Virus record (IMG/VR): IMGVR_UViG_3300020161_003833
Span: 1 to 26,532 of that record
Source of the DNA: a virus
Taxonomy: Duplodnaviria; Caudoviricetes
Direction: 5' to 3' (one strand)
DNA: 26,532 nucleotides
Shown here: in pieces, positions 17,584 through 26,532 of the stretch
How positions within the stretch are numbered: the stretch's first letter is position 1
Layout: every line of letters starts with the position of its first letter
Translations under genes and position numbers: made by a program
The notes under the pieces: model-generated
Databases searched by the model: none
Told to the model about the DNA's origin: nothing
Seen by the model: the letters and a program-made list of their open reading frames with translations, nothing else

Positions 17584-18690
17584 ATGTCAACTAGAATAAA
17601 CACAAATAATAGACTTTTTTATGCAGTTGCTGCTGTAGGTTTTGCCGCTACCGGACAAACTGGTGCAAACTTTAGAACTGCCTCAGGCGTTCAGAGTGTA
17701 GGCATAGATACAAATTTTAACATTGACAGAGTTTTCCAGCTTGGTCAATTAGATATTTACCAAAATATAGAAAACATACCAAACGTGGAAGTTACTGTAG
17801 AAAAAGTTTTAGACGGAACTGCTTTACTTGAACATTTAGCAACTCCTTTGACTGGGCAAGGTCCTGAGTTAATCAGTAGATATTCCAATCAAAGATGTGA
17901 CGTCGCTGTAAACTTCTATCAAGATACTCTTTCATCTGCTAGTGGTACTGGCACTCAGCTAAATCAGTGCTTCATGAGTGGTATGTATGTAAGTGCTATA
18001 AACTTCAGTTTACCAACAGATGGCAACTTCACAGAGTCCATAAGCTTAGTAGGAAACAGCAAGAACTGGAGAAATGCAGCTTCATCAATTCCATTCATGC
18101 CAAATATGTCTTCTAGCGCAGCTCCGCCAACAGGAGCTGTTGTCAGAAGACAGCACTTAATATTTGGTTATAATTCAGATTCTAGCTCTTCAGAATTGTC
18201 CTATCTTCCAAAACACATTCCAGGAATTGACTCTACCGGATATAACAGAGAATGGCACTCGTCGTTAGGTAGTGCTTATGCTGGATATGGTGCTCACATC
18301 TCTAATATTCAGATATCTACCGATTTAGGCAGAACAGAGCTGTTTGAGCTTGGCAGAAAAGGTCCTTATCACAGATACATAGACTTCCCTGTCGAGGTAA
18401 CGTGTTCTATTGAAATTACTGATACTGAAGGCGACGCTATAGTAGCTCAGGAGAATTCGGACAACACTACAAACCAAAGAATATTCCTCGTGATCGCGGA
18501 CGGAACTAGAATAGATTTAGGTTCGTCTAACAAGCTAGTATCAGTCAGTTCTTCTGGCGGAGACACAGGCGGAGGAAACAGAACTGTGAGTTACAACTAT
18601 AGTAATTTCAATAAGTTAACTGTAACTAGAATTCCATCGTCTCTTGATCCTGCTGGAGCGGAAGATGCTCAGTCATTTAGCTTCTCATAA
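17584..18690 (+). CDS. Major tail (tube) protein
   Basis: Beta-rich, S/T/G-rich protein with an internally repeated pattern (VFQLGQ...VEVTVE and LFELGR...VEVTCS), plus synteny. No sheath gene seen. Confidence 0.7.
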   Translation: MSTRINTNNRLFYAVAAVGFAATGQTGANFRTASGVQSVGIDTNFNIDRVFQLGQLDIYQNIENIPNVEVTVEKVLDGTALLEHLATPLTGQGPELISRYSNQRCDVAVNFYQDTLSSASGTGTQLNQCFMSGMYVSAINFSLPTDGNFTESISLVGNSKNWRNAASSIPFMPNMSSSAAPPTGAVVRRQHLIFGYNSDSSSSELSYLPKHIPGIDSTGYNREWHSSLGSAYAGYGAHISNIQISTDLGRTELFELGRKGPYHRYIDFPVEVTCSIEITDTEGDAIVAQENSDNTTNQRIFLVIADGTRIDLGSSNKLVSVSSSGGDTGGGNRTVSYNYSNFNKLTVTRIPSSLDPAGAEDAQSFSFS

Positions 18691-18755
18691 TTAACAGAAC
18701 ATTATATATAATTCAGGCGAATTGATATAAATAAATTTAAGTAGTATTAAAGAGA

Positions 18756-19322
18756 ATGTTTCCTTACGTGCTTATAAATGGAGTTCTTGCGGCCCAAACA
18801 CCTAGAGTATTTGAGGTATTTTCTAAAATAATAAAAGATTTTGATTTAATAATTGAAATTGGAACGTATAAGGGTGCTTTCTCCACTTGGGTATATGAAA
18901 ACAAAAAACAGGATTGCAATTTCATTACTTATGATATAAATCTAGATGAAATACAAATTCCTGAAGAATACAAGAAACTAATTGACATTAGAATAGCGAA
19001 TTGTTTTTCTGAAGAGGAAAAACTAAAAATAAAAAATTTAATCGCAAGCAGTGGAAAAACTTTGTTTTTATGTGACGGTGGAAATAAAATTGAAGAATTT
19101 AGGATTTATTCTGAATTACTTAAGAAAGGTGATGTCATAATGCTTCATGATTATGCTGATGACCCAATCAGTTTTATTAACATCGCTAACAAAAATTCAT
19201 GGCCAGCAAAAGCAGAATCTTCTTTTGCTGAGATCAATGACCACGTCGTTAAAAATAAACTCGAAAAGTTTATGTATGAATCTTTTATTGATGTTTTTTG
19301 GGGCGCCTTTATAAAGGAATAA
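18756..19322 (+). CDS. Class I SAM-dependent methyltransferase (CmcI/Methyltransf_24-like)
   Basis: IIEIGTYKGAFS motif I, ITYDI, LCDGG and LLKKGDVIMLHDY. Confidence 0.8.
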   Translation: MFPYVLINGVLAAQTPRVFEVFSKIIKDFDLIIEIGTYKGAFSTWVYENKKQDCNFITYDINLDEIQIPEEYKKLIDIRIANCFSEEEKLKIKNLIASSGKTLFLCDGGNKIEEFRIYSELLKKGDVIMLHDYADDPISFINIANKNSWPAKAESSFAEINDHVVKNKLEKFMYESFIDVFWGAFIKE

Positions 19323-19323
19323 T

Positions 19324-19776
19324 ATGAACAAATCTCTAGTGCTAATCTCATTCTTATTTTTGTTTGGTTGTTCTGGCAACTTAATGAAGTCTGATAAATT
19401 ACAACCTGAAAATAGTATAGAAAATCCTTCAATATCTGAATCGATAGACACTTCGGATCACGATTTTGAGGAAGCGCCTATAAGCCAAAAACAACAGTCG
19501 CATTTTCCTGAAATATCTGAATTGACCTTAGAGAAAAGTTCAACAGTAAGTGTTGAAAGACCAAAACCTGAACCTCAAAAAATTTCCAAACAAGAAGAAC
19601 AAATAATAAAAAAACAGCCTGAACAGCTAAAATCATTACAGGAGAAAAAAATGGAATTATTACTCAGCTCAACTCTCGGTACAATTTTCTATAGTATAGT
19701 CATTTTTGTCGCAGGCGCTTTAATAGGCGCTCCTCTATGGTCTTGGGTTTCAAAGAAACTACCATGGAATAAGTAA
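19324..19776 (+). CDS. Lipoprotein with C-terminal transmembrane helix (u-spanin-like topology)
   Basis: MNKSLVLISFLFLFGC signal/lipobox, a polar low-complexity linker and TM segment TIFYSIVIFVAGALIGAPLWSWV followed by KK. Confidence 0.6.
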   Translation: MNKSLVLISFLFLFGCSGNLMKSDKLQPENSIENPSISESIDTSDHDFEEAPISQKQQSHFPEISELTLEKSSTVSVERPKPEPQKISKQEEQIIKKQPEQLKSLQEKKMELLLSSTLGTIFYSIVIFVAGALIGAPLWSWVSKKLPWNK

Positions 19777-20849
19777 TGAATCAAACAACAAAAGAAGCTA
19801 AGCTTCGCCAGATTATATCTGGTTTTTTTATTTTAAAATATAAAGATAACTTATACAAGTATTATGAACCAACTAATACTATCATGGCAAATTTGCCAAT
19901 ACATCTATATGGAATTGAGGAGCAACTTGAAAAAGAAGGTTTCATATCTGACGAAGAAGCTAAAAAAATTTTAGAAAAACAAGGATTATGGTCAGATGAA
20001 AAAGAAAAAGAGTTAGAAATATGTAAAAAAGATATATCGACTCTTGAGACAGAAAGGCCGCAGTATAAATACCAAGAAAAAATGAAGAAGTCGATAGATA
20101 CGGCAATAGAAAAGCTAGAGGAAAGAATAAAAGAACTGTCGGCAACTAGGAACTCACTTTACACCCACACCATTGAATATCAAAAAATAAACAGAACAAA
20201 CAACCTGCTCTTATTTTTATGTCTTAAAAGAACAGATGAGTCTAATTATTGGCAAAGCTTCGACAGTTTTGAAAACAGAACCCCGTCTACAGAAATAGAA
20301 GATTTGTTAAAGCTCACTATGAGTATTCCTAAAAATACGGAAAAAGAAATAAGAGAAATATCAAGAACTGAACCGTGGAGAACAATGTGGAAAACCGCCT
20401 CTAAAACGGGAATGGATCTATTCCAAGGTTCTTCTAGCAATCTTACCAAGAGTCAATACGAATTATGTTATTGGTCAAACGTATACGATTCTGTTTATGA
20501 AAGTGCTGATTTTCCAGGTCATGACATAGTGGATGATGATGAAAGGCTAGATATGTGGTTTATGGAGCAATCCAACAAACACAAATCAAAAACCTCACCT
20601 AACGAAGTAGCAACGAACAAGAAAATTTTATCTGCAAAAGAGGTTTTTATGAAAGTTGATACTCCTGAAGACGCTGAAAAAGTGTATTCAGAAATGAACA
20701 CAAAGGATGCTAGAAGAATAATCGGTGATAGAACTGAGCAGATTAATAAAAATGGCAACTTGAACGAGGATAAACTGCCGGATGTTCAAACGAATTTAAG
20801 GATGGAGATCAACAGAATGTCTGTTGAAAAGAATAATGGAAGACAATAA
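19776..20849 (+). CDS. Tail assembly chaperone-like protein, long form
   Basis: Between tail tube and tape measure genes. The N-terminal ~170 aa are collinear with the 21144 gene. Confidence 0.55.
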   Translation: MNQTTKEAKLRQIISGFFILKYKDNLYKYYEPTNTIMANLPIHLYGIEEQLEKEGFISDEEAKKILEKQGLWSDEKEKELEICKKDISTLETERPQYKYQEKMKKSIDTAIEKLEERIKELSATRNSLYTHTIEYQKINRTNNLLLFLCLKRTDESNYWQSFDSFENRTPSTEIEDLLKLTMSIPKNTEKEIREISRTEPWRTMWKTASKTGMDLFQGSSSNLTKSQYELCYWSNVYDSVYESADFPGHDIVDDDERLDMWFMEQSNKHKSKTSPNEVATNKKILSAKEVFMKVDTPEDAEKVYSEMNTKDARRIIGDRTEQINKNGNLNEDKLPDVQTNLRMEINRMSVEKNNGRQ

Positions 20850-21147
20850 AACATACCTATATATCAATAATCATGGAATAGACGAATCTTCTAGAAAGGT
20901 TCTAGAAAACATAATTTCTTCTCACTTTAAAACAGTTTTTGTTGGAGCTGTTCATAAAATAGAACTAGAATTTGGCGAGCTTTGGGGTGAAAAAGAAAAA
21001 TTAAATGAAGAAAACATGACAGAAGAACAAAAAATTTGGTATGAAAAGTTTCTTAATCTAAGAAGCGAAATATTTGATCAAGGAAATCGGGAAAGAAAAA
21101 AAGCAGTATCAGCGACTAAAAGTTTTAACATACAGGTAAAATCATGA
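20836..21147 (+). CDS. Hypothetical protein
   Basis: ORF overlapping both neighbours. ATG 20836 preferred over TTG 20824. Confidence 0.6.
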   Translation: MEDNKTYLYINNHGIDESSRKVLENIISSHFKTVFVGAVHKIELEFGELWGEKEKLNEENMTEEQKIWYEKFLNLRSEIFDQGNRERKKAVSATKSFNIQVKS

Positions 21148-21788
21148 ATCAGGAATCTACTTTTTCTTTTGAAGAAAAGAATTATAAAATTATCAAGCCG
21201 ACAAATAAGATCAGAAAAGACAGCGACTCAATATACGCAAAGTCTTATAGAAGAGCTATCGCAGATGGGCTATTCTTAGAAGCCGAAATCGATAACATAA
21301 TAAAGTCTAGAGGAATAAAAGCTTTCAATGAATCTGAGAGAAGCTCATTAGATAAAAAGATTTCTGCGCTAGAAGCCAAATTTACCACAGATAGTTTTTT
21401 AACCAAAGAAGATGGTATAATAGCTTACGAGGAAATAACAAAATTACGAAGAGAAATAGAAGAACTAGAAAAGGCTAAGAGAGAGTTATCTTCTCAGTCA
21501 GCGTCACTTTTCGCAGAAAATGAAAGATTCAACTATTTAGTATTCTCGTGCTCTAAACAGGAAGACGGTTCTTCTGTATGGGACTCCTTTGAAGATTACA
21601 AAGACGACGTTTCAGAATTAGCTGTAAAATTTGCTTCCGAAATGTTAAACGTCGTTTATGATGGAGCGAAAACTTTAATTGAGGAAATAAATAAAATCAG
21701 ACCAGAAAATGTATGGATGCAAAACACTAGCTCCAAAGAGAATATAAAAAGTTCTGACGATAAGAAGACAAAAAAGAAAAGCAAGTAA
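21144..21788 (+). CDS. Tail assembly chaperone-like protein, short form
   Basis: Directly upstream of the tape measure gene and paralogous to the N-terminus of the 19776 gene. Confidence 0.6.
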   Translation: MNQESTFSFEEKNYKIIKPTNKIRKDSDSIYAKSYRRAIADGLFLEAEIDNIIKSRGIKAFNESERSSLDKKISALEAKFTTDSFLTKEDGIIAYEEITKLRREIEELEKAKRELSSQSASLFAENERFNYLVFSCSKQEDGSSVWDSFEDYKDDVSELAVKFASEMLNVVYDGAKTLIEEINKIRPENVWMQNTSSKENIKSSDDKKTKKKSK

Positions 21789-21801
21789 AATAAACTAAAT
21801 C

Positions 21802-21819
21802 GTGTATTTTAAGCAGGAG
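21802..21819 (+). promoter_or_regulatory. GTGTAT box and AGGAG RBS for tape measure gene
   Basis: Intergenic, upstream of TTG 21831. Confidence 0.55.
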
Positions 21820-21830
21820 CTTGGGATACA

Positions 21831-24800
21831 TTGTCGGACTTTTTACTTAATTTTGCGGCACAGGTAGACGTATCTAGGATAGTAGTTTCACCAAGCGTGA
21901 AAAATGCTTTGACGTCTCTTGGTGGCCAAAAGACTATAACTAGAAAAGTTAAAGTAGAATTAGACACTAAAAAATTAGCAGAAGTATCTAAGTCCGCAGA
22001 AGGCTTATTCAGTTCGCTAAAAGAAAGTGTTGCCAAAGTAAAAATAAAGCCAGATATAGTTTTCGATCAGTCTAAACTTACATCGTTTCTGACAGAGCTA
22101 GAGCAAATTCCAGTCGTCTTGAGAATAATAAAGGCTGGCATAGCCGCGATACAGTCAAAGCCAGCATTGTTACCAAACGCGACTCAGGAAGTAGCAAAAC
22201 TATCAGCCATAAAAACCTCTCTTATAGAGATACAAAGAGAGGGAGAGAAAGTAAAAAAGATACAAATCAGACCAGAGGTTAGAGCTTTTGACGCAACCAT
22301 ATCAAAGCTTCGTCAAGACATAGAGACTATCAATAAAGATATTTCTTCAATCAGTGGAACTGGGGCGTCGGCTCAGTTCAGAAGGTCAGAATTAACTGGA
22401 AAATTAACTGCTAAACAGGAGCAGTTAAAATTTACTCTTCAAGAACAAGAGGGCGCTGCCACACGACTAAGTCCTGAATTACAAAAGCAACGACTGAAAG
22501 CAATAAGAGATGAAAGTCAAATTGCAAAAGCAGCTATGAAGGAGCAGCGTGATGCTGATAAAAGAGCTGCTAAAGAAAAACAGGATGAAGAGAAAAAGCT
22601 TTCTAGGCAATTGGCGGTAGAAGAAAGACAAAGAAGAGCAATAAATAAACTCATTGAGAAGGCCACCCTAGAACTAGAGAGGCAAAGAAATACTATAAAT
22701 CTTTTATCTAGCAAAGGAGTTAGTGTAGCCCCGATTTCCGCATCCCAAGATCAATTGAGAGCCGCAGCAAAACAAAAAATTGTAGGAGATGTTGACGTAG
22801 GCAAGGAGTCTGGAGAAAACTTAGGTAAATTATTAGCAACTGCGCAAGAAAGATCACAAAATGCTAGTCGGGCTTTGAGAGAGTTTAATAATGACGTAAG
22901 AGCTGTCGCCGCTGGAACTCAGTCTGGATTTGCTGCCGTAGCTAAATACTCAGATAATGCTTTTGAAAGATTGGGTGGAAGGGTCGGATTGGCAGCTGAA
23001 CGAGTCGCTTCTTATGTTATTGGTGCCGCCGGTTTATACACTGTTGTTTCTGCAACTAGCGCTGCCATAGCTGAGACCGCTTTACTAGAGAAAGAGATAA
23101 CTAATCTTCAGCAGATATTTGATTCTGGAGAAGGTTCTGTAGAGGATTTCACTACTCGAATAAATGATCTAAGAGATACTGGCGTAGATTTAAAGAAACA
23201 ATTTTTTGATTTGTCTATAGCTACTGGTACTAGCGCATTGAGCATAGCAAAATCAGCCAAGATATTAGCCGCTGCAGGTTTCGGAAAGGGAGATGCAGGT
23301 TTTGAGTCAACTATACGGGCCGTAACTTTAGCAGAATTAGGTCCAAGCTTTGGCAATACTGAAGAAATAATAGATGGCTTGATTGCATCTATCAATCAGT
23401 TTAATCTCACTCTTCAAGAGACACCCTACATATTAGGTTTAGTCAATGAAACGTCAAAAGCTTATGCCGTAGAATCTCAGGATCTATTCGAAGCTATTAA
23501 AAGAGGTGGCGGTTCATTTGCTGCTGTTGGTGGCAATCTAGAAGACTTTATAACCTTAGTAACAGTAACAAGAGAGAAAACAAGAGAAGCGGCGCCTGTA
23601 ATAGGTACGTTCATAAAGACACTATCGTCTAAACTATTCACGCCAAAAGCAAATACTTTATTTAAAGAGATAGGTGTAGACGCTGAAAAAGTCGTCGATC
23701 CATTCCAAAGGATAGTAAAATTATCAGAATTTTTTGCAAAAAATAATCTTACAGCCGCCCAAAAAACAGACATACTATCTCAGATAGTAGATGTCAGACA
23801 AGCAGGTAGATTAGCAGCATTAATAGACGGCTTGTCTGACTACGAAGCTAGGGTAAATAGACTAAGAGAGCAGGGAGGAATCAGTTTAATCGACAAGGCA
23901 GAAGAATCTATATTAAGAGATGCAATACAAAGACTAGATGACATAGGGCCCGCATTGGACAGAATAAAGAGTGGATTTACCGCTTTTATAGAGGGTATAT
24001 ATAATAATCAGTTTACGAGAGGTCTGTTGTCAATACCAGCTGGATTGACTACAGCGTTAGGAGCTGTTGGTCAAAATAAAACGGCTGGCAACTTCATAAA
24101 TCCATTAGTATTCTCATCACTTCTAGTAGGTTTGACTGGCATAATTAGGGGCGCCATTGCCGCTTATCGTCAAAATTCAATTAATGTACAGTCTAACACA
24201 AACTCTTTAAACGCTTTGACAGCGGCCATAGGCACATTCAGAAGTGGAATTTTAGGAGGCGCCGTTGCAGCAGGAGCAGGCGGAGCCGCGCCTCTAGTTG
24301 CTGGAGCCGCAGCTGGAGCAGCATCTTCTCGCAGAAGAGGCGTATTTGGAAGTGGGATAAACCCACTAGTAGCGATAGGTTTGGCAACGGCTTTGCCTGG
24401 AATTATCAGCACTGCGGCTCCAGCTCTAGGAGCTTCTCCAAAAACCCAAAGCTTTTTAAGTGGTATAAGTGCAGGCGCTACAACTGGCGGCATTCTAGGC
24501 TTGACCCTTGGTCCTAAGGGGGCTGCGGCTGGAGCGGTGATCGGAGGTGTAATAGGCGCTATAACAACAGCTATCGAAAACGCTTCAATCGAAGATCAAA
24601 TATCAAAATTAAGAACTCAAACTAGATTGAGCTTTGGTGCCGCAAATCTAGAAAAATCAATCAGAGCTGGAAGAGTTGTAGACGGAAGAGTAAATCTTGG
24701 ATCTATAGCAATAGATGAAGCGATTAAGGGTGCGGATGAAGACAGTAAAAAAGAATTGGCGAAAATATTAGTTAGGGGTGTCCCAGAAGGTAAAGATGTT

Positions 24801-26532
24801 TTTCTTGAAGAAGCTAAAAGAAATGAAGCCTTACTTAAACTTAAGAGTGGAGACTTTGAAGGCATCACCGATGAAGATTTCCAAGAATTGCAAAGAGCTT
24901 CAGCAAAGATAAACGCTTTAATTAGATCTACATTTTTAGAGAATTTAGGTGTTGATACCGCAGAAAACAGAAGACGTGCGGCAACAAAAACTGCCGATGA
25001 AATTGCCAAAGTTGATTTTGGTGGAATACAGTTTTCTAGAGAAGAAATATCTAGAGCCTTAGCGCCATTGATAAACTCGACAGACTCTTTTGAAGAGCTA
25101 ACTTTCTCAGTCAAAAATCTGTCTGAAATATCAGATGAAGCAGGTAAAAATATATCACTACTTTCAAGTAGTTTAGTAAGATCTATTGACGCTCAGACAA
25201 ATGCCATAAATAAATTTGCAGAATCTATAAAAAGATCTACATTAGATATAGGTTCAATTAAAAATATAATCGCAAACGCTTTTAGTGTTCCGAGAGCGCA
25301 GACTTTAGGGTCTAGTGCTTCTTCTCTCGCAGCATCGACTGCGATTTCTAGATTTGGAATAAATCCAATAGCGAACGTTTCTCCAGAACTGAAAAGGCTT
25401 TCAAGCGTCATAAATGGCTTTATTTCAGAATTGGCCACTACACCAGACGTTAATCTCAGAAACAATGTTCTTTCTCTGCTGAACGATGACGTATTGAAAG
25501 GTATAGGCGGAAATACCGCATTGCAAGAGGCGGAATCAGAAAATCTAGCAGCCATCAGGGGATTCCAATCTACATTTTCAATCGCTGATCAGATTAGAGG
25601 TACGTTCTCAGATTTAGCGAACTTAGGGCCAAACGCTAAAGCATTTTTAGACATTCTTGCTGGTGGAACTCAAACACTGCCATTCAACGTAAAAGACATA
25701 GCGTCTGCAGTAGAATCTAAAGAAATTAATGCTGGAGAAAGAATATTAGGTATAGAAGACTCTAGAAGAGCCTTGATAGATCAAGCAAATTCTCTAATTG
25801 AACTTCAAAATTACCAATTAGAGCAACAGTTACAAATCGCTGAAGCAATACTTGATTCGAGTATAAAAAGAAGAGAAGCTGAACTTGAGGTAAAAAAACT
25901 TTCAATTGAAACAGCGAATTCTATATTAAATCTTAGAGCTGCCGTTGGCATTTCTGGAAGACGAGAAGTAGAGGCTGCTGCGTCAAGTAACGCTGCGAAC
26001 ATATTACAGGCTAGAGGAGGTCCAGCCAATATTACAGGAGCTGGGCAAACAATAACTTTAATCAAACAAGCTCAAGTAGATCTACAAAAACTAATACAGT
26101 CAGGAGCGGCTGGGTTTAGCGGAGTAAATTCACCATTAATAGCACAAATAAATGCTGCTTTAGGGCGTTTTGGAATATCAGGAGGTGTTAGAGGTGGACA
26201 AGGTTCAGCGACAGTAGCTGCCGATTTAGCAACGGCTAGAGGTTTAGTTGAAGAATCTATAAAATCATTTTTAAGCAGAGCGGAAGACGCTTTTAAAATA
26301 CTGGCTGATAAAATCGATATTGTGAATAACAGACTGCAAGAACAAAGAAATACATTAGACTCTTTTACTGGACAATTGTTTTCTGGCGGAGGTGTAGACG
26401 CTCTTCTAAATACTCAAAAAATTCAGTCAACTGCTCAAGACGCGAAGTTTTTAATTGATCAAATTTTAACCACCAATCCTAATTTTGGTTCGTTAGGAAT
26501 AAGTCAAATTGAAGCTAGCCGAACAATAGCAA
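21831..26532 (+). CDS. Tail tape measure protein (partial, runs off window end)
   Basis: Frame opens after TAA 21810-21812 and TTG gives MSDFLLNFAAQVD. A TP901-type core (LSIATGTSALSIAKSAKILAAAGF...SKAYAVESQDLFEAIKRGGGSF...TREAAPVIGTFIKTL) lies at about 23050-23700, with Gly/Ala-rich hydrophobic segments at about 24020-24570. No stop was noticed in the parts read. Confidence 0.9.
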   Translation, partial: MSDFLLNFAAQVDVSRIVVSPSVKNALTSLGGQKTITRKVKVELDTKKLAEVSKSAEGLFSSLKESVAKVKIKPDIVFDQSKLTSFLTELEQIPVVLRIIKAGIAAIQSKPALLPNATQEVAKLSAIKTSLIEIQREGEKVKKIQIRPEVRAFDATISKLRQDIETINKDISSISGTGASAQFRRSELTGKLTAKQEQLKFTLQEQEGAATRLSPELQKQRLKAIRDESQIAKAAMKEQRDADKRAAKEKQDEEKKLSRQLAVEERQRRAINKLIEKATLELERQRNTINLLSSKGVSVAPISASQDQLRAAAKQKIVGDVDVGKESGENLGKLLATAQERSQNASRALREFNNDVRAVAAGTQSGFAAVAKYSDNAFERLGGRVGLAAERVASYVIGAAGLYTVVSATSAAIAETALLEKEITNLQQIFDSGEGSVEDFTTRINDLRDTGVDLKKQFFDLSIATGTSALSIAKSAKILAAAGFGKGDAGFESTIRAVTLAELGPSFGNTEEIIDGLIASINQFNLTLQETPYILGLVNETSKAYAVESQDLFEAIKRGGGSFAAVGGNLEDFITLVTVTREKTREAAPVIGTFIKTLSSKLFTPKANTLFKEIGVDAEKVVDPFQRIVKLSEFFAKNNLTAAQKTDILSQIVDVRQAGRLAALIDGLSDYEARVNRLREQGGISLIDKAEESILRDAIQRLDDIGPALDRIKSGFTAFIEGIYNNQFTRGLLSIPAGLTTALGAVGQNKTAGNFINPLVFSSLLVGLTGIIRGAIAAYRQNSINVQSNTNSLNALTAAIGTFRSGILGGAVAAGAGGAAPLVAGAAAGAASSRRRGVFGSGINPLVAIGLATALPGIISTAAPALGASPKTQSFLSGISAGATTGGILGLTLGPKGAAAGAVIGGVIGAITTAIENASIEDQISKLRTQTRLSFGAANLEKSIRAGRVVDGRVNLGSIAIDEAIKGADEDSKKELAKILVRGVPEGKDVFLEEAKRNEALLKLKSGDFEGITDEDFQELQRASAKINALIRSTFLENLGVDTAENRRRAATKTADEIAKVDFGGIQFSREEISRALAPLINSTDSFEELTFSVKNLSEISDEAGKNISLLSSSLVRSIDAQTNAINKFAESIKRSTLDIGSIKNIIANAFSVPRAQTLGSSASSLAASTAISRFGINPIANVSPELKRLSSVINGFISELATTPDVNLRNNVLSLLNDDVLKGIGGNTALQEAESENLAAIRGFQSTFSIADQIRGTFSDLANLGPNAKAFLDILAGGTQTLPFNVKDIASAVESKEINAGERILGIEDSRRALIDQANSLIELQNYQLEQQLQIAEAILDSSIKRREAELEVKKLSIETANSILNLRAAVGISGRREVEAAASSNAANILQARGGPANITGAGQTITLIKQAQVDLQKLIQSGAAGFSGVNSPLIAQINAALGRFGISGGVRGGQGSATVAADLATARGLVEESIKSFLSRAEDAFKILADKIDIVNNRLQEQRNTLDSFTGQLFSGGGVDALLNTQKIQSTAQDAKFLIDQILTTNPNFGSLGISQIEASRTIA

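Noticed and set aside
18726-18733. TATAAATA (T4 late promoter consensus) upstream of the methyltransferase
   Set aside because: Single noticed intergenic instance in a very AT-rich spacer. Other late genes use GTGTAT.
20682-20687. Intragenic GTGTAT (also at 16560-16565)
   Set aside because: Inside coding sequence without a convincing downstream gene start at the usual spacing. A 6-mer is expected by chance.
19776-21830. Programmed -1 frameshift for a tail chaperone
   Set aside because: The short chaperone-like gene is followed within about 40 nt by the tape measure gene, leaving no T-like overlapping frame. A-runs are common genome-wide.
21809-26065. Series of minus-strand ORFs (65-165 aa)
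   Set aside because: Antisense shadows of the long plus-strand tape measure frame, with no RBS or recognisable motifs.
1-26532. Stop-codon reassignment, tRNAs, CRISPR arrays, introns or inteins
   Set aside because: Genes pack tightly under the standard code using TAA, TGA and TAG. No repeat arrays, cloverleafs or intein motifs were noticed by eye.

Overview
This AT-rich window is the late-gene (packaging and morphogenesis) region of a large tailed dsDNA phage with a siphovirus-like layout. The left end holds small lysis/accessory genes. Next come a sigma-like factor, a terminase small subunit candidate, GDP-mannose 4,6-dehydratase, HNH and ERCC4 nucleases and the large terminase, then an opposite-strand SleB-type cell-wall hydrolase. 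The structural block runs portal, prohead protease-scaffold, decoration protein, major capsid, head-tail joining genes and tail tube. A methyltransferase/lipoprotein insert and two paralogous tail-chaperone-like genes precede a tape measure gene that runs off the right end and is missing from the ORF track. Main observations: (1) the short and long tail-chaperone-like proteins appear to arise from gene duplication rather than the usual G/GT frameshift; (2) a GTGTAT box recurs before most late genes, next to a truncated phage sigma-like gene, and several of these genes look leaderless; (3) an in-frame nested scaffold gene has its own box and RBS; (4) gmd, HNH and ERCC4 genes sit between terS and terL; (5) two proteins have lipoprotein-plus-C-terminal-TM (u-spanin-like) topology; (6) a small Myb-like HTH gene is split by a 1-nt frameshift. 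All family assignments come from motif recognition by eye, not database searches.
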